DNA of 64,000 nt, from NCBI RefSeq assembly GCF_006345805.1, contig NC_043000.1, positions 63,364,001-63,428,000 of the forward strand, written 5' to 3'. Below, piece by piece: positions 27,353 through 37,949 of the stretch. A model generated the notes under the pieces. That model was not told where the DNA came from and made no database searches. It saw nothing but the letters and a program-made list of their open reading frames with translations. A program made the translations under genes and the position numbers. Positions within the stretch are counted from its first letter, which is position 1, and every line of letters begins with the position of its first letter. Origin of the DNA: Octopus sinensis. Its lineage: Eukaryota.

Positions 27353-27397
<45 letters not shown>

Positions 27398-27597
27398 TGA
27401 ATAATTGAATGACTCATCTTATTAAGGATAATTCGAAAGATAACCGATACCTGGGTAGCAAATTCACATCAGAAAGAACACGGTTGAAGCTACGTCGCTA
27501 GGGCATAGACTACGTGTCTTCGTGCGGAAATTTGTATGTTTATTTTAAAATTATAAGTATCTGAAAGAATGGAGTTGAACGACTAGTTAACAAATAT

Positions 27598-27692
27598 CCT
27601 TTATTCTCGACATATGTTTCGAAGGCTGCATATTCCTAATTCCAAAGGAATAAGGAGTACATTATGCAGATTTCTCTTCAGGAAAATCAAGG
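27598..27692 (-). ncRNA. Type I hammerhead ribozyme (family B, left arm)
   Basis: Reverse complement of the 27817-27911 copy, with the core intact. Confidence 0.8.
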
Positions 27693-27816
27693 AAACTTAT
27701 GTCGACATCAAAATGCACAAAAAACTTTTAGCTGACCGCTCTCAAGGAGCCCATGGCGATAAATATATCGCGGTCAGCTAAAAGTTTTTTGTGCATTTTG
27801 ATGTCGACATAAGTTT

Positions 27817-27911
27817 CCTTGATTTTCCTGAAGAGAAATCTGCATAATGTACTCCTTATTCCTTCGGTATTAGGAATATGCAGCCTTCGAAACATATGTC
27901 GAGAATAAAGG
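27817..27911 (+). ncRNA. Type I hammerhead ribozyme (family B, right arm)
   Basis: CCUUGAUUUUC-CUGAAGA-GAA..CUGCAUA/UAUGCAG..UUC-GAAA-CAUAU-GUC-GAGAAUAAAGG. Canonical G10.1-C11.1 pair; predicted GUC cleavage after 27900. Confidence 0.85.
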
Positions 27912-28205
27912 ATATTTGTTAACTAGTCGTTCAACTCCATTCTTTCAGATACTTATAATTTTAAAATATATATATATATATAATTAATCAATATAGGGTG
28001 GCAAAAAATTTTGTAGAATTTTTTTGCCACCAGCGGCCTAGTGGGAAAAAATTAAATAGTCATAGACCATTCTTAAGTTCAACATCACAATCAAGGAACG
28101 GCCATAATAGGCCATTCACCCACTGGAAATAACAGCCAAAGCTTCAACCGCAAAATAACATTAATTCCGTAAACCAGGAGAAAATTAAAAAACATTTACC
28201 CTGTA

Positions 28206-28312
28206 ATTTCTTATACGATGCACCGTTTCATCTACTGTTTAATGGTAAACTAACCTGATTAAATTAAATCAAGCCAATCTTCCATAGGCCCTTAGAATCG
28301 TCAGTAAGAAAT
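28206..28312 (-). ncRNA. Type I hammerhead ribozyme (family C)
   Basis: AUUUCUUA-CUGACGA-U-[long stem II]-U-GAAA-CGGUGCAUC-GUA-UAAGAAAU. Stem I is 8 perfect bp; U-U at the 10.1/11.1 position. Confidence 0.7.
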
Positions 28313-28404
28313 AGCCAGAAATTTGATGATTTGAAAATTTTAGGTCAGATATTGCCGAGGCAGGGATAGAAATGCCTCGTGAAAATATCTGTTCCGATCT
28401 GGCT

Positions 28405-28499
28405 ATTTCTTACTGACGATTCTAAGGGCCTATGGAAGATTGGCTTGATTTAATTTAATCAGGTTAGTTTACCATTAAACAGTGCATCGTATAAGAAAT
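28405..28499 (+). ncRNA. Inactivated hammerhead ribozyme (family C, GAAA strand deleted)
   Basis: Same as the other family C copies but lacks 12 nt including GAAAC ('aaacagtgcatcg' versus 'aaacagtagatgaaacggtgcatcg'). Confidence 0.75.
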
Positions 28500-28952
28500 T
28501 ACAGGGTACATGTTTTTTAATTTTCTCCTGGTTTACGGAATTAATGTTATTTTGCGGTTGAAGCTTTGGCTGTTATTTCTAGTGGGTGAATGGCCTATTA
28601 TGGCCGTTCCTTGATTGTGATGTTGAACTTAAAAATGGTCTATGACTATTTAATTTTTTCCCACTAGGCCGCTGGTGGCAAAAAATTTTGTAGAATTTTT
28701 TTGCCACCAGCGGCCTAGTGGGAAAAAATTAAATAGTCATAGACCATTTTTAAGTTCAACATCACAATCAAGGAACGGCCATAATATTGATTAATTATGA
28801 ATTTTCTGGTTAATTCCGTAATGGAATCGGCGGCTTATATTTATTTGCTGCCGATAAATTTGGCGCGAGTGCGATGATTTGAAAATTTTAGGTCAGATAT
28901 TGCCGAGGCAGGGACAGAAATGCCTCGTGAAAATATCTGTTCCGATCTGGCT

Positions 28953-29058
28953 ATTCTTACTGACGATTCTAAGGGCCTATGGAAGATTGGCTTGATTTAA
29001 TTTAATCAGGTTAGTTTACCATTAAACAGTAGATGAAACGGTGCATCGTATAAGAAAT
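28953..29058 (+). ncRNA. Type I hammerhead ribozyme (family C)
   Basis: CTGACGA at 28960-28966, GAAA at 29035-29038, predicted GUA cleavage after 29050; stem I AUUCUUA/UAAGAAAU. Confidence 0.7.
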
Positions 29059-29218
29059 TACAGGGTAAATGTTTTTTAATTTTCTCCTGGTTTACGGAAT
29101 TAATGTTATTTTGCGGTTGAAGCTTTGGCTGTTATTTCTAGTGGGTGAATGGCCTATTATGGCCGTTCCTTGATTGTGATGTATATATATATATATATAT
29201 ATATATTTCACATATATG

Positions 29219-31550
29219 TATTGGAGACACTACTATGAAAGGTTGCTCAATAAAGAGAATGAATGGGAGAGAGTCTGCCAAATGTTGACCCAACAGAGGG
29301 ACCAGCTATCAGAATTGACAGTACCTTTGTAGATAAAGCAATTAAGAGTATGAAGACAGGGAAAGCCCCTGTTCAATCAGGAATTACCGCAGAGAAGCTC
29401 AAAATATCTGGCGGTGTTGGCTATAGCCTAGTCACCTGTATAATACATGAAGGAGTCATCTCCAATGACTGGTGTAGCAACACCATAGTCAACTGCTACA
29501 AAGGTAAAGATGATGGTTTAGATACAAATAATTACAGAGGTATCAAGTTGTTGGATCAGCTAATGAAGGTTATGGAGAGGGTCATAGCCCAACTAATTAG
29601 GAAGAGAGTCAGTTTAGATGAGATACATTTTGGGCTTGTGCCAGGGAAAAGCACCACTGATGCTATATTTCTAGCAAGACAGCTGCAGGAAAAATACCTA
29701 GCCAAAGATAAACCTTTGTACCTGGCTTTCATTGACATGGAGAAAGCCTTTGACAGGATCCCCCGATCCCTTATCTGGTGGTCAATGAGGAAGCTAGGGA
29801 TAGAAATGGTTAGTGAGAGCAGTGCAAGCCATGTACAGGGACGCTGTCAGTAAGGTGAGGGTTGGCAATGAGTACACTGAAGAATTTCAGGTAGAAGTAG
29901 GGGTCTATCAAGGTTCAGTCCTCAGCCCCTCCTATTTATCATAGTCCTCCAGGCAATAACAGAGGAATTCAAGACAAGATGCCCCTGGGAGCTTCTCTAT
30001 ACTGATGAGCTTGCTCTAAATGCTGAGTCACTATCAGAATTACAGGAGAAGTTTCAGGTGTAGAAGCAAGGATTAGTATCGAAGGGCCTTACAGCCAATC
30101 TAGCTAAAGCCAAAGTCCTAATAAGTAGGAAGGCAGGCAAACCATCAAGTAGATGGCCCTGCTTGATCTGTAGAAAAGGCATAGGTAGAAATTCTATAAG
30201 ATGTACCCAGTGTAAGCTATGGATACATAAGAGGTGCAGCAATATCAAAGGAAGGCTAACTGGGAAGATAGTTTTTCTATGTGGCAGATGCTCAAGAGCA
30301 ATAAACACTGAAAATGTGCAGTGAACAACTTCTGTCACATTCCAGGGAGAAAAACTAGAAGTGGTTGATAGCTTCCATTACCTAGGTGACCAAGTCAGTA
30401 GCGGAGGGTGGAGGTGCTCTGAAAGTGTAGCTGCTAGAATAAGAATAGCCTGGGAAAAGTTCAGAGAGCTCTTACCTCTGCTGGTGACAAAGGGCCTCTT
30501 GCTCAGAGTAAAAGGTAGACTGTATGACGCATGTGTATGAACAGCCATGCTACATGGCAGTGAAACATGGGCTGTAACTGCTGAGGACATGGATAAGCTT
30601 GCAAGGAATGAAGCCAATATGCTCTGCTGGAAGTGTAATGTCAGTGTGCATACTCGATAGAGTGTAAGTGCCTTGAGAGAAAAGTTGGACCTATGAAGCA
30701 TCAGATGTGGTGTGCAAGAGAGACGATTGCGCTGGTATGGGCATGTGGTGAGAATGAGGATAGCAGTGTGAAAAAGTGTTACACCCTAGCAGTTGAGGGA
30801 ACCTCTGGAAGAGGTAGACCCAGGAAGACCTGGGATGAGGTGGTGAAGCACAACCTTCGAACATTAGGCCTCACCGAGGCAATGACTAGTGACCAAAACC
30901 TTTGGAAATATGCTGTGCTTGAGAAGACCCAGCAAGCTAAGTGAGACCATAACCCATGGCCTATGCCAGGGGTGTAATCAGCCCACTTATGCATACCTTT
31001 CCTTCATTGGACACTAAACTCTGCTTGCGAAGACCTGTTGAGGCAAGTGAAGTCGAAATCAAACTCGATGACACCACTGCTTGATTGGCATCCGTGCTGG
31101 TGGAGCACTAAGAGCACCATCCGAGCGTGATCGTTGCCAAGGCCACTGACTGGCTCCCATGCCAGTGGCACGTAAAAAGCACCATTCGAGCATGATCGTT
31201 ACCAGTGTTGCCTTACTGGCATTTGTGTCGGAGACACATGAAAGACAACATTTGAGCGAGGTCGTTGCCAGTGCCACTGGACTGGCTCCTGTGCAGGTGG
31301 CACGTAAAAAATATCATTTGAGCGTGGCCAATGCCAGCACAATCTGACTAGCCCTCGTGCCAGTAGTATGCAAAAGCACTCACTACACTCTCAGAGTGGT
31401 TGGTGTTAGGAATGGCATCCAGCTATAGAAACTCTGCCAGATCAGATTGGAGCTTGGTGCAGCCATCTAGCTCGCCAGTCCTCAGTCAAACCATCCAACC
31501 CATGACAGCATGGAAAGCAGACGTTAAACAATGATGATGATGATGATGAT
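29219..31550 (+). mobile_element. 5'-truncated, decayed RTE-clade LINE with 3' UTR and (GAT)n tail
   Basis: YRGIKLLD...FGLVPGKSTTDAIF...LYLAFIDMEKAFDRIPR, a QGSVLSP-like motif, YTDEL, RGRPRKTW; many stops and frameshifts; 3' UTR ends in (GAT)n. Confidence 0.9.
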
Positions 31551-31645
31551 ATATACACACATATATAAATAAATATCTATATTCCTATACACACGTATCT
31601 ATGTGTGTGTGTAAAAATAGAGATATATATTTTTGTGTGTATATG

Positions 31646-31679
<34 letters not shown>

Positions 31680-33172
31680 TACATATAAATATCTATATTC
31701 CTATACATACATACATACACACATATCTACACACACACACATGTATATGCATACTTATACACATACATATGTGTACAGATATATTGGTCAAATGTAGACA
31801 CCTCTGATGAGAATCCACTAAGATTTGAAAATCAATATTTTCATTATTTTTACAATCTATGGAGAAATAACTAAAATAGCCCTGTTTATATATCTACTAG
31901 GTAAGTAACATATATATCTCAATGCTGTGTGGTCAGAGATTCCCATTGACAAACTCCTTGTATTAAATAATGTGTTAAATGGTATGCAAATTAGTAACTC
32001 CTGTTTTCAGTAGCTGCTGTAACTGGTGAGTATATAAACAGATTAGCAGCTTGTTTGTCTGAGATTGGTCAAATTGGTGTAAATTCTTCTGATGAGGGTC
32101 TAATAATATCTGAAAATCAATTAAGATTGTTCATGCTTTTCTATCTACAGAGAAACAGCTAAATTATATGTGCGTGTAACCTTAAAAAGCACTGGTGCCA
32201 ATGCTGTGTTAACGCACCTGTGCTGCAGGGATGTAAACAAACCAATACCAGTTGTCAAATAGTGGTCGGAAATAAACACAAAGATACACATGCACAGATA
32301 CATGCACACACAATATATATCCATACATATATTGGTGGTTGTCTACTCCCTATGCAGAGTCTGACCACCTCTTGTACTTACACCTTAGCTCCATCATGGC
32401 ATCTTATGTGGGGGTTTTTATACCAGACAATATACTGAAAAGACACCCAAGTAGATTGCATATATGATTTGGACCACCTTGAGCTGCAGTTAAGTTCTGA
32501 TCTTTGTGGATCTTAAAATGTCTTTTGAGGTCTTCGTTAGATTTGCAGACCTTATGGCATACACACCCACACAACAGGCTGCTTTCAGCTTCCATACAAA
32601 ATCCACTTAGAAGGCTTTGGCCAACATGGGACTATAGTAGAAGACAATTGTCCAAGGTGCCTTACTCTCTTAACTCATCTCTGTTGATGGAATATTATTT
32701 ATTTCCCTGAAACAGCTGTAAGACCACCTTTCTCATTATAAATATCCTAGAAATATCACAATGCCTTGGCCTTGCTATCTTATCTTATTTAGCATATATA
32801 TATATATATATACATACACATACAAATATATACAATATCATTATTCTTATTCAGAATTAGAAAAAGCAACTTATTATCTTAACACAAAACCAGAATAAAA
32901 AAAAAAGATTTCTTAAATTTTCTATCAATAGCAATCCACATTAAGCTATACAGAATCCTAATTTGTCACACATTTTAGTAGCTAATGCTTAAAAAGTCAA
33001 AACCAAAGACAAAAAAATGCTATTCTCTGTGTGTTATATAAAACAAAATATATGCAATAGAAAATATAACTTCTGATAAGAATCCAATATGCTAACAATC
33101 TAAAATAATTAAACATGTAGCTTGTATTTTTTTATGTTTACAGAAAATTGCTGCCAGTATGTTTCAACTTAC

Positions 33173-33401
33173 ATTTGTCATAGAGTTAGTTGATTCAACA
33201 GTTGAAATCATTACTTGAGAGAGAGCTTCCCAGCTTTCAGCTTATTGGCACTGATAGTGCAGTAGATCATTTATTTAACATCTCATCTGGCATCTCTGAT
33301 TCTTCTATGTCATTTGCTGTGAATACAAGGATGTATAAGGGCCTTGCACTCCTGGATAAAGTAGGCACCATAGTCTCCAACAACAAAAAAAGGTCAAAAT
33401 A
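33173..33401 (-). other. Candidate exon with strong splice sites (probably UTR/non-coding; stops in all frames)
   Basis: Acceptor 'tttatttctctag|' and donor 'AAT|gtaagt'. An ATG near the 3' end gives MISTVESTNSMTN in phase 0. Confidence 0.4.
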
Positions 33402-34859
33402 CTAGAGAAATAAATGATATGTTATCTAGAGTTCATGCTTCAGAATTACAGGAAAAAAGAAATGTTGGCTTATCCTGTTTCTGAAAGCAATAATAAAGTG
33501 GTTACAAATTGTGAACTGAACTGGTTTGCAAACTTAAATTGCAAACAGAAATCACTACAGCACAACTTCAGTCTAATCACAAGGCAATGAAAGAACATCT
33601 ACATGGTTGCTCAACATGCTAAGAATACAGTCAAATCTCCCTAACCAGCCTGAAACCACCCCTGGTTCTATGATATAATCTCCCTGTTTTCAAGTGAACT
33701 AAATTAAAACTTTCCATCAATATTCCATGTTAACTAAAGTTCCAAACACTAGCTTAATAATGACAAAATTATTTTACTACATTCTTCTTTATTTTAAAAA
33801 TTAATTGAAACTAAAGCAGTGTATTTCAACATGGATATGGTAACGGAAGGATTAAAAGGAAGGAACCATACATTGGATGATAATGTGATCCTAAAAAAAA
33901 AACTTGAGAGGTATGACTGGAATGCCTTTGATCAGAGGTGTGCCAAATCAAAACTGACATGCGGCCAGACAAACACAAACAATAAATAGCCAACTACTTC
34001 TATAGAGATAAGTGACTCATGTCTGTATTTGTATTTGCAATACAATAAAGATCTGGGCAAGTAAATAAAACAACAATGAACATCTCTAAAGATTGACATT
34101 TTCCTGTATAAGAAATTCAAAAAATAAAATTTCTGAAAGCATATAAATCACTCAGCAGAGAACACATTCCTCATAAATATATAATAACACATAACTACAT
34201 AAAACAATCAGTTCATGAAAAGAGCAACAAAGAGAGAGATACATTCTCATTATATAAATTGGCAAATTACTAAAACCATAACAGCAGACAAATAGTCATG
34301 GAAAATTTAATAATTTGATACAGTGTTTGATATAAATAAAAAGGCGGAGAGCTGGCAGAACCGTTAGCATGCTGCGGAAAATGCTTAGCGGCATTTCGTC
34401 CATGTTTACGTTCTGAGTTTATAAACAAAGATCACTAGTGGAAGTAATTTATTCTTTTCTTTAATTTTTAAAAATATTTTTGTAAATCCAAAAAAGGAGG
34501 AAGGGCATTTTTAAAAGCTCTTTGCATTTGAGGAATTTTATGTTGGTGATTCTGCATATAGAGAACAACTACAATAAAAGAATTGTAAAAGCATGTAATT
34601 TTGGAAGAGAAGGGATTGAGCAATGTTTTAGAATGGTGTCTTAAAAGTACCTCTCAGAGGAGTATTGCAAGAGCATTAAATAAATTTAAGAGGCAATATG
34701 CAATTAGTAAATTCAGAAAAGTGATAAAAGAACTATGGTTTATGCACCTTCTCAGATATGTAAGCAGTAACCTTGAAGAAATTTTATGTGGTCATTGTCA
34801 AACACTACCAGCTATTTCAGGACTGAATTATCTGTTATTTACAATATGTTGATTGCCTC

Positions 34860-35050
34860 CATATTTTTAGTTATGTATTGGTTTAATCTGGCGGGGGGCT
34901 GTTCTAATGACCTCAGTGAAAACCTGTGAAATATGCAAGTTTCTTCTGAAGACTTACAAGTCAATGGTCACAGGAAAAACATGGGTAGGAAGGGAATTCC
35001 AGACAACCAATTTTCTAGGGAAGAAGGACTGGGCATGTGGCTAGTGTGAG
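34860..35050 (-). mobile_element. CR1/L2-group LINE 3' fragment
   Basis: Minus-strand peptide VWNSLPTHVFP, typical of the ORF2 C-terminus. Confidence 0.55.
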
Positions 35051-35156
35051 AAAAAGCCTGGTCCTTATTCTATCGGTCTCTTTCAACAGACCACATTACA
35101 GAGGATGTAAACAAACCAACACCAGTTGTCAAGCAGTGGGGGGGACAAACACAAAT

Positions 35157-35187
<31 letters not shown>

Positions 35188-36037
35188 CGATGGGTCTCTT
35201 TCAGTTTCCATCCACCAAAATTCACTTACAAGGCTTCAGTCGGTTTGAGACTATAGTAGAAGACTGGGTGTCATGCAGTGGGTCTGAACCCAGAACCATG
35301 TGTAGAGGGAGTGATGATTTTGCATTATCTTCAGTCATGTAAAGAAATATATGTTGGTTATAGTAGAAACAAAAAATTATTCAATAGGTTTAGCAGGTGA
35401 TTAACAAAAGATACTTGAGAGTCATTTCAGGTGTTGAATTTTGAGATATGCTGGTGATTCCACATAATCAAAATAGGTTATTGCTAAAGAGAGGGAAATC
35501 TTACACTTTTGTTTCTTAAATTCTACAAGTGCCTTTTCTTTTCATAGTTAAAGATGATAATTAAATTTCTGCTGGATAAGATGCCAATCTATCATAGACA
35601 TAATTCCTAGATGATTTTTTATTATTAGGTGAACATCAAATAAATGCCATAAACAACAAAACAGTTTCAGTATATCTGTAATCTGACATCTCATTTACTC
35701 AGAAGATCACTTTAGGTACTTAGCAATAAATATTTATATTCTGGAGTCATAGAGGATAAGCTTGCTGATTTTCTTTTTCAGCCAAACTATTTGTAACAAA
35801 AAGGAATGATGAAAAAAAATTGTGTTACAGAAGAGTAGTCAAGGAATGATTGGTTGTGTGCTAAAAATTGAATTGGAATCAAAGAGCATAAACATATATA
35901 TATATACACACAAACATATATTACCTAGGCATAGTAAGACTGATAATCTGGTGTAGAACTCAATACACATATGCTTCAGAACAAAGCATTAGTTAAGTAC
36001 AGAGCAGTAACAAGAAATGAATGACAAAAGAATAAGT

Positions 36038-36241
36038 GATTATCTTACGAACTTCATTAGCTTACAGCTATTTCTGTTATAAGATGCAATAAACTCAAAG
36101 TTCAGTGCCTGAGTAACACCTTAGAGGTCACTTCATATTCAAGGTTCCAAAGAAGCTGGTGTGTTACTCAGGCACTCAACTATGAGTCCACTACATCTAT
36201 AACTGAAACAACTGTAAGCTAATGAAGTTCGTAAGATAATC
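36038..36241. mobile_element. Short foldback element with 30-bp TIRs and an internal hairpin
   Basis: 'gattatcttacgaacttcattagcttacag' and 'ctgtaagctaatgaagttcgtaagataatc'; inner 'agtgcctgagtaacac'/'gtgttactcaggcact'. Confidence 0.75.
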
Positions 36242-36261
36242 GTTTATTCCTTTGCCATCCC

Positions 36262-36324
<63 letters not shown>

Positions 36325-37890
36325 GACAAGCTTCTTTCAGTTTCCGTCTACAAAATCCACTCACAAGACTTCAGTCCAAGGCTATGGTAGAAGATACTTT
36401 TTCTTTTCTTACAGCAGAAGCTGAAGAGAGGGTTCAACAAAGCTAATCAAAACCTTTAAAACGAATATAAATATAGTGATATAATTATAAAGCCAGAGAG
36501 CTAACTAATAATATATATATTGTCGAAAGCCTTATTGTGCTTTCTTAACAGTATTTACAAATGAATTACATTGAAGTTCTCAATAAAATTATTGGCAGAA
36601 GATTTGACCGATGAACCAATAACCCGAGACTATGATGGGATTTGTTGAGTAAGATGTGATTCAGCATTGTTCAGAGGATCCGACAGAGAAACAGGACAAA
36701 AGCATAGAGGACTGTGGAGGGACTCCGGAGTAATATGAATTCATAAAATATATTTAGCCTGTGTGGGGGTGGGAGTGTGTATTATAAAATAAAAATGTTA
36801 AATTTTTTCCTAGATTAATATGAAGTGTGTACTGCTTTAAGTTTTTGTTTCAATATTGAATTTTTTAAGTGAATTTTTGAAATAATTCGGTAATATTACT
36901 TGTGAAATATTCTATTATTTTATATAACTTACGAATCGCACTGTTTCATACACGTCCTATTTTAAAACAACAAAACTAGAATTCGAAAGTAGAGATCAAA
37001 AGCAACCGAAAGGTGTTTAGATACTTTTTTTTTTAATGACGTGATGACCGAGGACACTACTAGAGGCCACGTGTATCGAGAATGAGTTGAGCCAACATCA
37101 ATACAATAATTATCTTTCAAGCGAAACCTTAATAGCAATAGACCAGCGAAGAACTCTCGCGATAGGGACAATTAAATTCATGATAAAAGAGGCTAACTGG
37201 AAAAGCCGATCTCATTACAATGGAAAATAACTATAGCATTTTGCTTTTTATTGAATGAAACTAGGCTTTAATGTACACATATGTAAGGAAATAGTCCTGT
37301 GGCGAGGTTGAACCAAAACCATGCATATTGGACTTCAATTATTCGAAAACTAATCTTTTTTTATGAATTATTTCTTTCTTCGCTCTGCAAATAAGTGTGG
37401 TAGAATCAACAGCAGTGGTAATAGAAAACAAAAGAGTTGCTGTTGAATTATTACCGAGTGTATACAATAGAGAGTTTTGATTAGAAAGAAAAAAAAACAA
37501 TATGAATACTGTTTCTTTTATTATTTTTGATAATAGCACTTCAGTCTGTGTAGAAAAGAAAAAGAAGTATTAAAAAAAATTAATTAAATTGCAAATGAAG
37601 AGTTGGTATGACTATGGAGATCCGGTAATTCCTTTGAAGGAGTTCGCACTTGACAACGCTGACTGTAACAGCTGATATCTTCAGTCTTTTTTAAACAACA
37701 GTGAAGAACGATGTGTGTGAGCGTGTATATACATCCATATATACGTGTGTGGATAGATAGATAGATTGATTATAATCTTTCAATGTTATAGTCTATATAA
37801 TACTAAATACACACGCAAATAATCTAAAGGTGCATAAGATGTTCCACAAGATTATTATTATTACTTTTTATTATTATCATTATATATACA

Positions 37891-37949
<59 letters not shown>

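Larger units (their letters stand above)
27391..27968. mobile_element. PLE/retrozyme-like insertion with a ~199-bp-arm palindrome
   Basis: 27541-27739 is the near-perfect reverse complement of 27770-27968 (two mismatches seen, 30-nt spacer). Each arm carries an HHR; flanked by (TA)n. Confidence 0.8.
27981..29181. mobile_element. PLE/retrozyme-like complex array of inverted and direct ~300-370-bp units
   Basis: 28021-28319 is the reverse complement of ~28398-28690; 28873-29181 directly repeats 28325-~28623; hairpin at 28598-28786; flanked by (TA)n. Confidence 0.8.

Noticed and set aside
27981-29181. CRISPR-like array
   Set aside because: The units are hundreds of bp with no short repeat/unique spacer pattern, the context is eukaryotic, and there are no cas genes.
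32011-32025. 15-nt plus-strand micro-exon (ttttcag|...|gtgagt)
   Set aside because: The sites are good, but it is isolated and opposite to the inferred host gene; chance occurrence is plausible.
31800-32125. Two CTGATGA...GAAA motifs (31804 and ~32089) as hammerheads
   Set aside because: A stem II is possible, but no convincing stem III/UH/stem I pairing could be built.
33190-33405. Plus-strand ORF (LPSFQLIGTDSAVDH) shared with 17851-18033 as a duplicated gene
   Set aside because: The similarity is a ~100-bp nucleotide duplication; the frames diverge outside it and the splice signals favour the opposite strand.
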